From assembly GCA_032718475.1 (NCBI GenBank), contig JAUCBJ010006322.1:1-64000 (forward strand): 64,000 nt of DNA, read 5' to 3'. The position numbers and the translations under genes were made by a program. This document shows positions 38,986 through 52,216 of this stretch, piece by piece (position 1 is the first letter of the stretch; every line of letters starts with the position of its first letter). The notes below the pieces were generated by a model. It worked only from the letters and a program-made list of their open reading frames with translations, had not been told where the DNA came from and did not search any database. The DNA is from Nemertoderma westbladi. Lineage: Eukaryota > Animalia > Xenacoelomorpha.

Positions 38986-39292
38986 ACAATCAATAAATTT
39001 TTAATAATCCAGACCATTTTCGTATGCAGAGATCTTCAGATGATCACCGAATCCCAGATCCTATAAATCCTATAAAACACAAGTTAATGTTCCATTTTGG
39101 TGTCTCTCTTGTGCTGTGCTTTACTCTAATAACTGCTTTAATTACTGTTGTAATTACTTCTATAAACCGTTGTGAAAATAAATGGTATGGAGCCCCATAG
39201 TAGCCTATCATGGGTATATATGTACTATGGGGCTCCACACCTGCATGTATACAGTATCTTTTAGATTTAATTTTCATTGCCTTGCGTTTCAG

Positions 39293-39584
39293 GATTCGTA
39301 CCGATAGTATACGACGTCGACGTCAGCCATCGACAGACGCATCGAGTAACTCAAGTAAATCCGACAAGTTGGATGATTCCGAATCTCAAATGACATTTAC
39401 CACCGACAGTAGCGACAACACCTCGAATACCACAGACACGACTGTCAGTAATAATTCGAGCAAACCAGATGAGTCAACCTCACTAATACCTCTACTGCTA
39501 AAAGATATTCGATTCTACATGTGGAGTTTGAGAACATTGCTTCAGTATATGGCTTCCCATTTAACATTTGTGTATCTTGTAGAT
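39293..39584 (+). CDS. SLC16-like transporter, exon 5 (Ser/Thr/Asp-rich central loop and TM7)
   Basis: tttcag|...IRTDSIRRRRQPS...LLKDIRFYMWSLRTLLQYMASHLTFVYLVD|gtaagt; phase 2/0. Confidence 0.88.
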
Positions 39585-40330
39585 GTAAGTAAATAATGTA
39601 ATAATCGTTACTTCACTTCATGCAGCCTCATTCAGAAGTTTACAAGTAAAATTCGACTAGACGGAAAAACCGACAAATATAATCACAAATGGAGGCCAGC
39701 ATTTACATGCAATCAGTGATGATTGATCAGCTAACGGCAGTTATGTAATAGAAAGGGTTCTCCTTAGATTGGAGTTCCATCGAGAAGCAGGGCATCAGGA
39801 GAGATGAGTTCCAAAAGGAAAATAAATAGGAACCATAATGATAGAGCTAGAGGCGTAGCTAACTAATGTAAGACCCTGGACAACCGCATCATGACAAACT
39901 GCGCGGGCAAAATACACGCCAGCTGACTGACTGGCCCGAGCTGTTTGAACATTTCAATCACACGCGCAGACCCATTACCAACAAGTATAGACGAGATTGT
40001 TTGTGGAGGGCTCCCTCAGGGTTAGCTAATTTTCTATACCTTGTTTTCTGTTTTCCTTTGGAACTCAATCTCTATTGACACCCGCGTTGGTGTTACACGT
40101 AGTTCACTTCCTTGCGGTTGTAAAACCAGCCAATGAGAAGTCGGTGATCACTGATTATGTCCCCTTTGTTATTATATTTACCTGCACTTACATATCTACC
40201 GGCAAGGTTTTTTTGCTTCTTGCGAGACGAATAAATACTTGAAATACTTCAAATATAATTTTTACTAAAACATATCATTCAAAAATTTATATGGTTGAAA
40301 TTGATATCGTTTTATATGTTTTTATTTTAG

Positions 40331-40480
40331 TTTATGATAACCGGTTTGGGATTTAGCCCAATGGAAGGAGCATTCGCGATGACACTGGCAGGGGTCTCCG
40401 ATATATGTGGACGTAGCATCGTATCATTTCTCTTAGACCCATCGGGAATTCGCCCATATCAATTGGAGCCATTAATAAAG
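40331..40480 (+). CDS. SLC16-like transporter, exon 6 (TM8)
   Basis: ttttag|FMITGLGFSPMEGAFAMTLAGVSDICGRSIVSFLLDPSGIRPYQLEPLIK|gtatac. Confidence 0.88.
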
Positions 40481-40704
40481 GTATACGTTCCATAATGGTC
40501 GGAACATGAAAGTGACAAACGTTAAATAATATTTATTCGCTACATAACCTATTATGGGGAGGCGACTGCATGTAAAAAAAGAGTAAGTACGTAAAAATCA
40601 AGTAAGAAAGCGTTTCGCATATTCGATTAAGCCTAAAGGATTGGTAAATTGTTTTGAGGAATAGGAATAGTTGTTTAACTAATAGCTGAAATATTTTTCT
40701 CCAG

Positions 40705-40945
40705 GTTGTTTACATGGTATCATTGGTATCGTTAACTCTGCCAACCAGCAGTATCATTTATGTCAGTGTTGCTATCTTTGGTATTGGGTTCTCCAGTGGA
40801 TATCTCATCACCTCCGAGGTAGCCAGTTGCTCTGATATATTTGGCAAAGACTTGCTGAGATTGAGTTGGGCTTTCAGTGGTTTTTGTCAGGGAATTGGAG
40901 TTGCATCGGGAAATGCACTTGCTGGGATGTTGCTTGACGTAACAA
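40705..40945 (+). CDS. SLC16-like transporter, exon 7
   Basis: ctccag|VVYMVSL...AIFGIGFSSG...DIFGKD...GIGVASGNALAGMLLDVT|gtaaga; SLC16 AG.L.D.T motif. Confidence 0.9.
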
Positions 40946-40957
40946 GTAAGAAATTCA

Positions 40958-41556
40958 ACTGCGAACTTTGTTCCAATAAACGCGAACTTTGTTCCAATAG
41001 TATGCGAAATTTGTTCCAATCAACTAAAATCGCATTTTAAAACAACCCTTTGATATTTCAACTTCATATTATCATATACTAAACCGATAAACTCATTACT
41101 CTGTACAAAATGGAATGCATACATATTGTGGAGGAAGTCATGGGAAGTAGTGGGTGGTTTTAAAAAGAAGACGTCTGTTTTAATTGATCAGTAATACTGT
41201 CAGTAATATTTCCCCCAAATGTATGGGGGGAAATGCTAGACTACGGTATAATCCGGATACCACTATTGTCTCTTCTTGCTTAATTAATAAAGAGGCAGGC
41301 ACGGTCTAGCAATTTCCAAATAGGTACTTTCAGACTTCACATGTGTGATAAAGTGCAATGGCAAATGGAAATAGCTGATTCGATTCGTAATCGTGTTGTT
41401 ATTATGATATTTATTCTGGAATACAATTAATAGAAGGGGTTGGGGTAGGGTCATTGGAACAAAGTTCGCAACTATTAGAACAAAGTTAGCAACTATTGGA
41501 ACAAAGTTCGGAACATATTGGAACAAAGTTCGGAACACATTGGAACAAAGTTCGCA
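40958..41556. mobile_element. Foldback/MITE-like element with inverted clusters of a 17-bp motif in intron 7
   Basis: GCGAACTTTGTTCCAAT x3 at 40961-41020; reverse complement ATTGGAACAAAGTTCGC x5 at 41453-41555. Confidence 0.6.
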
Positions 41557-41756
41557 AGCGTCGATATAGGCCTATATTATTACTATAATATGAGTTCAAT
41601 GCCAAGGTAACGATGCATTCTCATTGGTTAATAAGTAGTCTGACTAAAGTTAACCTTGGCCAATGTAAATGGCTGAATAAGCCCCTTCATATTTATCACC
41701 TAATCAATGAAGTTCTGAAGAGATGAATCAATCTTTTAATGTTTTTATTTTTCCAG

Positions 41757-41953
41757 ATTCGTATCCAATGCTGTTTCTGTCGGTAATGGGTATAATAGCT
41801 GTGACTGTTGTAATAAACATTGCCGTGCTCTTAGTGGAGTGCGTGAATAAGCGGACATCAACTAATAAAGGTTCAACAGAAACTGTTACATGGTCTCTGA
41901 TGAGCACCAATCACATGAAAGATACAACAAAATCAGCCGTGGTTTGGGTGTAG
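41757..41953 (+). CDS. SLC16-like transporter, exon 8 (TM12, terminal)
   Basis: ttccag|NSYPMLFLSVMGIIAVTVVINIAVLLVE...AVVWV then stop TAG. Confidence 0.87.
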
Positions 41954-43760
41954 TAGCAGAACACTGTGATTGGTTCGTTTTGGGAACGTCACTTAGGATT
42001 TTGAATTTATATTGGATTTCGTAGTGTAGATATGATGTGTTTCCATTCTTGGATACCTTATATTTGTGGCGCAAATTTACTGCAATAGATTTTCATAAGT
42101 TTTTAAAGTTTTTTTATTGTTTTGTTTTGGTTAGAAAACAACGCTACTGTTACCTGCTCGCTTAATGTTTTAAATTAAATTTAACGAATTTGTTAAACCC
42201 ACTAAACACGAATTTAGTGTTTGCGGTCATTTTGCGCCATTAACCCATTTTTGGGATGAACCACAATGGTTATCGTAGGAATACATTGCAGTTGAAGGGA
42301 TGGTAATTTATTCATCATTTAACAACTGAATGCTTTATATTGTGTTCGTACGAAGTCTATTATTATTTTATATCGAATACAGTCATTAAGTAACTTGGTA
42401 ATTTTATGTATTTAATTAATAATAAAGTACATTTAGTCAAAGAACATAACTAATTTCAAACACGTGTAGACTTTTATAGGTTATATAACCTAGATTAAAT
42501 TTAGTTACCAGCTTCTGTGTTGTGAGTGCTGGTGTTATGATATTTAATTGTCAATAATTGTTAAGAATACCGTTAGGTAATCGTAAGGATATCAAATGAA
42601 CAAAATAAATGCCCAAAATATTGCATGACTACTAAACAATAGAGTGAACAGGAACTTAAGATCCAAGAGCTCAATTGTACAAAATTCAATTGGCTTGTTT
42701 CATTGGATGACTTACTCACCAATCCCGGGAGATACTTAATGGTCATTGAAAAACAGGTCAATTACTCATCAATGGAAAGTAAACTAAGACCTTGAGATAA
42801 TTCAAACCCACATCCCAAAATCATCAAACAGTCTTTAAGTCAAGGGATGGAGTGCCTAAGAGTAGTAAGACCAGACCAATTGTGAAAACATGTTGAGTGT
42901 TGTCACAGATGCTTTGAGTGTTGTCGCAGATTCTTTTGGTGTTGTCAATGATTATTGAGTGATGTCTCTGAACGTTGTCTCTGATGCCTCTTTCTGGTGC
43001 CTTGCCATGCGATATGGAGAGGTGAAAGTAAGAGCATAAGATGGCCTCTATTATATAGTTTATATTTGATCGACCAGAATAAGATAGACCGATACAATAA
43101 GGATGCTGTTTTTCATAGACCATCGTTTTGAATGTAACGTTTTTTAGAATAAAACGACACAACTAAAAACTGAAATAACATATCACATAAATGTAGATGC
43201 ATGAAATATGTAAAGTGAAGGTATGATAAACAATAAAACAAAATAAAAGCTGCCGTAATAAAGAATAAATAAAATATTAAAATAGTAAAATAGTAAAACA
43301 TAAAAAAATATAATGATAATAACCCATAAATAAATAGTAATTTTTAAATGCTTTGAGTAGTTATCACGGGTTTGGCCCGTTGTTGGCTGGATGTTTAGTA
43401 TATATTCGAGTTTAATGAAGAAAAGCTTAGTGACTAACTACTACTCGAGTAAATATTTACGTTCTATAATAATTAAGTAAAATGTAGAAGAGTTAGAAAT
43501 GGGGGCTTGATGACATTCTCGGGATTCATTTTACTGCAGTTGTTTCATAAAAGTATTTAAATAAATTCACATATGCAACAAGATCGAATACATATTCAAT
43601 GTTCCGATCGGGATAAATGACAATAATAGGGGCCCCTCTTGACACCAGGTGTCTCCACTCCACATGATAAGTAACTGCTTGAAAATCAATGACGTTTTCA
43701 TTGCAGCGTTATATACTAATTTGTTCCAATCTCAATCTCTCAATGATATGCACAATCTGA

Positions 43761-45614
43761 CAACATTCAGACATTAAATTAAAGGAAGAACAGGAGTCTT
43801 ACACCCCCAATAAAAAATATAGAATCAGGACATTTAGCCCAAAATATACTTATCGACCCCTTGGGTCATCGAAGAACAACAAACACAGAAAGACAAACAA
43901 ATATAAATACATGCTAAACATACAGGTATGTGTCGCAACCCTAACACTAAGCCTACCCGCCATACACTAAATGATACCGTTAATAAACTGCACAATAGCT
44001 AAGCCTATATTCTATAAGAAAATATATGACAATATTGGCGCTGTGAAAGGGGTATGACTGAGGCAAAAATAATTAATTTGTTAAAAATATGGTTGCGTTT
44101 CGGTGTCTTGGACCAGTACGCACTAATCCTCGACACCTCGTCAGCTGGACAGGGAATTAGCCAAGCTTATCTATAATGCACCAATGACCTAAATTAATCG
44201 CACCATCAACTCTGTTACCACCTAGCCGAAACAGAAGTCAGACCACAGAACACAGGAATCCTATAGGCCTATGGTAAGTAAATATGTTACCAATGGAACA
44301 CACAGTACAAAATTTATATATAAGATTTTATTATAAAATCTTATATAAATTTTGTATAGGGTCTATAGGGTTCCTGTGTTCTGTGGTCTGACTTCAGTTT
44401 GGGCTAGGTGGTAACAGAGTTGATGGTGCGATTAATTTAGGTCATTGGTGCATTATAGATAGGCTTGGCTAATTCCCTGTCCAGCTGACGAGGTGTCTAG
44501 GATTAGTGCGTACTGGTCCAAGACACCGGAACGCAACCATATTTTTCACAAATTAATTATTTTTGCCTCAGTCATACCCCTTTCACGGCGACAAAATTGT
44601 CATATATTTTCTTATAGAATATAGGCTTAGCTATTGTGCAGTTATTAACGGTATCATTTAGTGTATGGCGGGTAGGCTTAGGGTTAGGGTTGCGACACAT
44701 ACCTGTATGTTTAGCATGTATTTATATTTGTTTGTGTTTGTGTGTTTGTTGTTCTTCGATGACCCTAGGGGTCGATAAGTATATTTTGGGCTAAACGTCC
44801 TGATTCTATATTTATTATTGGGGGTGTAATATTCCTGTTCTTCCTTTAATTTAATTTAATATATACATACCAACCCCCTGTTAGTCAGTATGTCGTTAAC
44901 ATCAATTATCATCTTATGGAAGTGGAGCACAATTCCGACATTACTGCAAATCATAAAATCTTATATAAATTTTGTACTTTGTGTGTGCCCTAGCACTCTA
45001 CCAGTTTTCCATTGGAAACATATTTACTTACCATAGGCCTATGGGGTTCCTGTTTTCTGTGGTCTCACTTCTGTTTGGGCTAGGTGGTAACAGAGTTGAT
45101 GGTGCGATTAATTTAGGTCATTGGTGCATTATAGATAGGCTTGGCTAATTCCCTGTCCAGCTGACGAGGTGTCCAGGATTAGCGCGTACTGGTCCAAGAC
45201 ACCGAAACGCAACCATATTTTTCACAAATTAATTATTTTTGCCTCAGTCATACCCCTTTCACGGCGACAAAATTGTCATATATTTTTCTTATTGAATATA
45301 GGCTTAGCTATTGTGCAGTTTATTAACGGTATCATTTAGTGTATGGCGGGTAGGCTTAGTGTTAGGGTTGCGACACATACCTGTATGTTTAGCATTTATT
45401 TATATTTATATTTGTTTGTGTTTGTGTGTTTGTATTTGTTGTTCTTCGATGACCCTTGGGGTCGAGAAGTATATTTTGGGCTAAATGTCCTGATTCTATA
45501 TTTTTTATTGGGGGTGTAAGACTCCTGTTCTTCCTTTAATTTAATTTAATATATACATACCAACCCCCTGTTAGTCAGTATGTCGTTAACATCAATTATC
45601 AACATTCAGACATT
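43761..45614. mobile_element. Penelope-like/retrozyme-like non-autonomous insertion: one inverted plus two tandem copies of a ~620-650-bp unit
   Basis: 43773-44331 is the reverse complement of 44333-44858; a third direct copy spans ~44953-45600. Flanked by a 15-bp direct repeat CAACATTCAGACATT (43761-43775, 45600-45614). Each unit carries a hammerhead-like core. The repeat structure is certain; the family is inferred. Confidence 0.6.
45161..45208 (+). ncRNA. Hammerhead-ribozyme-like core (also 44485-44532 +, with GAAA>GGAA, and 44097-44144 -)
   Basis: CTGACGA, then hairpin GGTGTC..GGATTAG/CTGGTCC..GACACC, then GAAAC. I could not build canonical stems I and III. Confidence 0.4.
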
Positions 45615-47223
45615 CAGCAATGTTTAGGAGGGAGCCAGGGAGGGATGTCACTGTCACATATTCTACATCTCCAGGTTTTAAGGAGCCAATTTCATGGTAG
45701 TGTTCAATTCGATGCGATGAATTGAATGCGAATATATTTTTACTAAGAATATATATATATAATTTAATTTTAAGGAAGTTCCATTGGTCAGAATAATTTG
45801 TATGAGATCCAACAAACAATCTGTAATGAAAGATTTCATATCAATTTATTTTGAAATATATAATACGTGTTTTCCATGGATACGCGTTAAAATAGCAAAT
45901 CTCGTAACTCTCTGGGTCAGTAAAAAATGTGAAAACGCTTTCGAAAGATAGATCAATACTTTCGGCAAAATTAGATTAAAAAACAATTACATTTGTAAAC
46001 TTCCATAAAGCCCTTGATCAACGTGAACACGTTAGGGATATATCAAGATTCTTTCTTATATAGTTCTTTGATCTGGCTCCAATAACCAGTAATATTATTT
46101 ATTTTTGGTTTTCTCTGAAATCCAGTTGCGTTATATTTCCAGATGTGGACAACATCGTTGATCATCGTTATTATCTTCTTTTTTCAGTGGATGCGGCACA
46201 ACCCGGGGTTTCAAGGGAGAATATCCGTGAAATAGAAACAGTTTAAAAAATGGAGGGTTTACATTGAATTCCCACCATAGCCCCTACTGATGATCATAGT
46301 TTGGTAATCGGCATTACTTTTTGCATCTGGAACATTGATGTTAGGTTCGACACTGTCATTATAGAAACCAGGGCTGATGGTCCATCATGGAGTAATCTAA
46401 TCATCTAGCTGTTGGAGTGGTCACTCGCTTTGCTTCAGGCTGGGAGGTCTCGAATTTAATTACGGAGCCAGTTACAATTTCGTAACTGGTGGTCCAACCC
46501 TGCGATATTGGAACTTGGCTTCTGCTGGGGGGTAAAGAAAACGGGTTGGATACTAACGGAGTGTTCATCCTTGGGAGTTAGTGTGGCGCCCTCCCTGCAA
46601 TAGATAATACCCAAGAGAGAGGAGCCTTCGGGGTGCATCTGGTCTTTCACGTTTCACACGTTAACCGATCACTTTAATTTTACTAATAATAATGCACAGA
46701 ACAGATGTAGCGAGCTTATCTGGTATGTTGGTAGAAAAACTGAAATTACTACTGAAAATGTGTCGGTTCATCTGAATGATGTCCATGGTGATGATTAGAC
46801 GATGATTATGATGATGATGATTAGACGAGGTTTGATCTTAATCTCATCAATGAGAATGGTGAAGTATTTCAGCAGAGACTTGTAAAGTTTTACCTTTACA
46901 AGTCTGCCATTCATTCTCGAAAACATCATCAATAAGTTTAGTTACCAAAGTGTGATACTTTTCCTGTGTGTATGTGAAATCGAAAAAAAAACCTCCTCCA
47001 TCTGCGACAACCTTTTCTCTATAACTGCGACAACCTTTTGTTTATCTTATAAGTAGCTTGGCAACAATGCAATGCGTGTATAATAATACTAGAACATGGA
47101 TATTGATACATAAACAATATGTTCTAGAACATGGTGTATTTATTAAATAGAATAAATCGACTGCAGCAGATACAAAAACATGCAACATTCGAATGCCCAC
47201 AACTCTCAGCAATTTCCCAACCA

Positions 47224-47386
47224 AATTCTAATTATTTATTAGATGGGAAAAATGTAGAACGTTTTTTTCATTATTCTCAAAGCATTTTATTTACCGAGCG
47301 TCAGCGAGGTTAATAAAGGGTCGAGAGAATATTGAAAAAAAAATGTTCTACGTTCTTTTTCCCATGTAATACGTAATTTTATTCTT
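47224..47386. mobile_element. Palindromic MITE-like element
   Basis: Arms ATGGGAAAAATGTAGAACGTTTTTTTCATTATTCTC / GAGAATATTGAAAAAAAAATGTTCTACG..TTTTTCCCAT around a CCGAGCGTCAGCGAGG centre. Confidence 0.55.
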
Positions 47387-48847
47387 AAATTGATACTTTT
47401 TTGTTGCTAAATTCTGTCATAAAACATAGCAATACTACAGTACAGTAGTGTTACAAAATAAATTGAACTGTAGTATTTTACTATATTGCTTCCATAGTTA
47501 CTGCGATTCAAATTATTGTACTCTTCAACTCTCGATGTTGCCTTACTCAATGTTAAAATAATATCGTGTTCTCGAATATTTATTACGTCGAGAGCCGCTT
47601 AACTACATAAACCAATATTGGATATTGAGTTCCGGTTTAAGTTCCGGGTTAAGCAGACACTAAAGTGGCAATAACTTTTGAGTGTGTGAATGGATTTTGC
47701 TCAAATTACTTGCAAACCTTTTCTATGTCTATGCTGTTTCACCTCATGTAATTATTCAATCAATTAATAAATTCCACAAAAATATCTCACTTTACTTTTT
47801 TCGCCGGGAAAATCAATGCAATCCTATTGATTACTTTTTTTCCCTAGGGAAAAAAATTGAAACTTTTTCTCCCGATTTTGGGGTATATTCGAGCAAAAAA
47901 GTGACAATTTAAGAATCCTTACACGGCCAGCTTTCTATTGCTACCAACATCTTACTATTGAAATAATACAAATTGAAGAATAACTGCAGTATCGCCTGAG
48001 ACACTTTTTTCAAACGGTTATAGCTAAAGATTGTTTAAACCGAAAATAAAAAAAATTCTGGCTCACCCACTAAGGAGAAAGTATGTGAAACTATTTCTGT
48101 TTCAAATGTCATATATTCTCATTTGGTTTATAGAAAAATTTAGGGGGTGGGGGGGCGTGTCACTGAATTGCGACACTATATTCTGGGACATGGTGTATGT
48201 TGAATTTGTCAAATAAAAGACCGAGCTGCAATCCCGGAACTCAAGCAATTAACTTGTTTTGAGTACAAAATTTATCACAAGTTCCAGTCAAAGGACAAAA
48301 GCTTCGCGAAGAACAGTAATTTGATATTAAGAAAATTATTCCAAGAATAACCAAAGCAGCACTGTGTAATTGATATTGATATCACAGATTTTGAGGCTCA
48401 TCAAGGAAAGGCATGTTTATAAGGAATGCGGGTATTAGTATTGGTTCAATGTATGGATTATTACTAAGTATATCAGTATCAGTTATATATGAATATAGGT
48501 GAAAACATAAACTTATTTATTTTACGATTGTCAGAATATTGTAGACACTTCTATCATCATCAAGCCATTTACATGCCACATTTCTGCATTTTATTGATTT
48601 AATCCACTCAACATTTGGATGCAAGTTGTCAATTATTTATCTGTTTATTTCATCTCCATTGATTAAACAGGCGCCTGGTAGGCTTGATCGAGTTCACCAG
48701 ATCCAACTTACTTTATTCAATATACTTATTAGATTTGACAGACAGAATAGGGATATAACTAAGGCAAAATACAGCAGGTGGAAAGTAGTATAACAATACT
48801 TAGTTAGATCCTACAGGTAGCTAGTAATTATCGAAAAGTCCGGGATG

Positions 48848-48966
48848 GTGGACATTTCGTCCCCGGACTTTTCGTCCCCAGAAATTTTCTGGGACCTTTC
48901 GTCCCCGGACGTTTGATCCCAGGAACGAATAGTCCGGGGTCGACAATTCCCTGGACGGAAAGTCCT
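48848..48966. repeat. Short foldback of 15-bp motifs
   Basis: GGAC(A/T/C)TTTCGTCCCC-like x4, then inverted degenerate copies (GGAACGAATAGTCC, GGACGGAAAGTCC). Confidence 0.55.
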
Positions 48967-49091
48967 AGATCCATGAAGATCATGTGTCTATTGAATGGTA
49001 GCTGCATGCACACATTGAATATACAAGTACAAAACGAATGCCTTCTATATCACCTAGTTCCGTGGAATCCACCACCGGTCAATAGACTAAC

Positions 49092-49247
49092 CTTGTTCTT
49101 GGCATCTATCTGAATTTCAATAGTGTCTAGTAAGCTTTCGGCCATCTGAGTATTCCCGTATTCCAGAGTAAGATGGAGTGGTGTATTACCGTTGTCATCC
49201 TGGCTTGCATAGCATGCTCCAGCGTCAAGGGCAGCTCTCATTAGATG
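49092..49247 (-). CDS. Ankyrin-repeat protein exon
   Basis: tttcag|HLMRAALDAGACYASQDDNGNTPLHLTLEYGNTQMAESLLDTIEIQIDAKNK|gttagt; canonical GNTPLH; phase 0/0. Confidence 0.8.
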
Positions 49248-50149
49248 CTGAAAGTTTAAAGGGAATGACTGATGGGCATTGTACAGCGGGATGTCAACTA
49301 GCTTAAATTAATGTGCAGGTATGCGCTGCTAATACAGATTCATTGAGGTATTCCTTGCTCTACTAAACTTTGCCAGTTACGAAGCTAATTTATCACCTAA
49401 AGCATGTATATAGAATTCTTATATTCCCCATAGGTCACTCTAAACAGCGGTTTGATGAATTTAACTCCCATCAGAGAATAGCCCCCCCCCCCCCACCTTT
49501 AACTCCTCATTAATGTCCCTTTAGTGAGAATTTAGATCCCGGCTTTCACCAAATACCAATTTGGGAAGGCGAACTATGTTCCCTGCAAGAAAATTGTGGT
49601 TATATGCCTGAGAACTTTGGACTTCTACTAAGTTAGGCCCCCTGCAGGCAAAGTTGACTTAGCTCCCCTCTGCAGCAGATTATGCACTGTTCATTAGGAC
49701 AATAAAGCAATAATAACCAAGATATATAGGAATTCTGGAATGTGGTCTTTTCACAAAGTACAATTTTTGAATAAATTTGAATCTTTTAAATAAATCAATA
49801 AATTATGTCTAACAATGGGGTCGAGCTTGTATTTCTAGACCGAATTTGCGCAGGGTGGAATGAATGTAACAATATACGTTAGTACACATGTGATGGAAAC
49901 CGTGTACCATAACGTGTTTCAAGGTGTCGTTCTATTGGCCAGGACGTTTCTTCATTGAGAGAGGAAGTGAACCCAGGGAGGACCCTGAGAGGAAACTGAT
50001 CCTCTAGGAAGTTAGATTCGCGCTCGGCTCAGAAGGCTCTGTAGCTCAAGAGGACTTCAGTCCAAAACCGATGCGAATTTTTCTAAGAGGTGATCCACAC
50101 AAAGCATTATTTACACGCGTACATTGGAATACCACCAGCAAGCGTAGGT

Positions 50150-50910
50150 ATTAGGGGGTGGGGACTGGGGAGTCCTTCAGCTGTTCAGGGTGATACACTT
50201 GGACCATTCTTATTTGTAATTGTGGTTGATTATGTTCTATAACCATCTTAATAAAGATGGGGTGATGGTAACAACCCCTACTGGCACAATAAGTGGAGGA
50301 AATCTAGCAAAGTACCTCAATGATCTAGATTTCGCTGATAACTTAGGGGTACTGTCAGAATCACTAGAGGGAGCCCAAAGGCTCATCTGCTCATTGGAAC
50401 AGGTTGCTTCTAGTGTTGGTCTTTTTGTAAACTCCAAGACAAAAATTATGACAGTGAATGAACCTTGACAGCCCTCAAGAAATGTCTGATCGTAAGGGCA
50501 TAAGCTCCAGGGATGGCTTGCACGAGCACATAGATGACTTCTGCTACTTGGGATCATAGACCCGAAGTCAGGTGAAGGAAGACCTTCGGATACGTAATTG
50601 GAACGCATGAGCAGCATTGAATAGTCTATCCAGGATTTGGAAGACCCATAGTATAAAATGGATCTCAAATCTCAATTATGTATGACAGTAGTAGTACCAG
50701 TACTCTTATAGCAGGATATAGGAGTATTAGGTACAGGTTTGTTAGGTATATTGGTATAGGTATTATGGGAGTCCATGCTTGGCTCTAACTGCAATGGATA
50801 ACAAATCCCTGGATGGCACTTTCACAAGAATGTACCACCGGGTTCATTGTGTCAGGTAGAATGAACACATCTCCAATCAGATTCTATACGACATTGGAGG
50901 TGTTCCATTA
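50150..50910 (+). mobile_element. Decayed RTE-like non-LTR retrotransposon fragment (RT C-terminal half)
   Basis: QGDTLGPFLF-like segment, LNDLDFADNLGVLSESLEGAQRL..VGLFVNSKTKIM and DDFCYLGS, with frameshifts and stops. Confidence 0.75.
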
Positions 50911-52082
50911 GTGGGCAATGGCTCGTATGGTACAAGGTGTTAGAAAATAATATATTCACGTCAGTTACAGTAGATAGCCCGCACTATAAGTTTTAAAATA
51001 TTATGATTGTTACTATAATGTTTTAAAGTTCCGGCAATGAGAACGCAGTGATTTCGCAGAATCGAAAAACGCAAAAAATTGGTTTCCAGAATGACATGTT
51101 TCTGCTCTGTGTTGGCTGTATAAAATTGATATTAAAGTGAACCGTTGTACATATTGTTTAGTTTAATACAATATTGTGGGTATTATTACACCCCGGTATC
51201 GATTTGTATCTACTACTATAACCTTTTTTTGCCGATATTGCTGATAATTAACTAATTAAACTCGGTTCTTTTATTTTTATAAATAAATTATACTTAATGT
51301 AACTTACATTAAAGTTCAACAAGCTTGACCATTGACCTAAATGATTGTACACAAAGAAATCACTGCATTGTCTGTATCATAATATAATAATTATTTCATT
51401 GCATCCCTTCTGACATTAGTCATGTGGTTGTACAGCTCGCTTTGTGTTCTGGATCGTATGTTTTCAACATGACACACCCTTCTTTATTCCTTTCATGTAT
51501 TGATAGTATATTTATTACAATTCATGCCAGTCGATATTACCTTCTGGATATGAGGTGGTGTAAATAAATACATGTACGGAGATTTATAACGGAAACATTA
51601 ACTACATGGTAAAAGTTTGTTCACATACACCAATCATGTCAAATAGAATTATTATTTTGTGATGCTTATACTTAAAAGATTTTTGAAAAAAATTGCGATC
51701 ATTATTGAATGCAGAATGTTTTCTTAAGCCAGAAATATTGAATTTAATTGAAATATTTATTTACTTGTAATAGGTTTTATATAGTATACAAGCTCGGACA
51801 AAATGCAACATAATTTTGAAATTTTATGCTAAACAAAATATCAAACAAGATCAACTTAGGATTTAATGAAGAGAAGATTAAATATTATTAAAATACGATG
51901 ATTTGAAAATCGGGAACACCAACAAAATACAAATAAAACCGATAAAACAAAACGTTATTTGCAAATCCCCAAAAAATCAATACATTCAGAAATTCGATAT
52001 ATAATTAATAACAATTGAACCTTTATGTTCATTACACAAAACATTTATTTAATATGGGATCAATCAGTTAAGTCATACATAC

Positions 52083-52216
52083 CTCTGGTTCCCTCCAATC
52101 CACTCTCAAGTCCACAAACTCATTGGTGCAGAAATGTACTCCAGATAGCTGCCCAGCACATGCTGCCAGGTGAAGAACACCCATCCCACCATGGTTTACT
52201 TTATTAACATCAGCTT
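52083..52216 (-). CDS. Ankyrin-repeat protein exon (upstream of 49092-49247)
   Basis: ccacag|xADVNKVNHGGMGVLHLAACAGQLSGVHFCTNEFVDLRVDWREPE|gtatgt; ADVN..G...LHLAA..G ankyrin pattern. Confidence 0.7.

Noticed and set aside
2394-41953. Functional amine-metabolism cluster of HNMT-like enzyme and SLC16 transporter
   Set aside because: Adjacency alone is not evidence in an animal genome, and both substrates are unknown.
44676-44692. Telomeric TTAGGG repeats
   Set aside because: Only two units, not perfectly conserved among the three copies; not a telomere.
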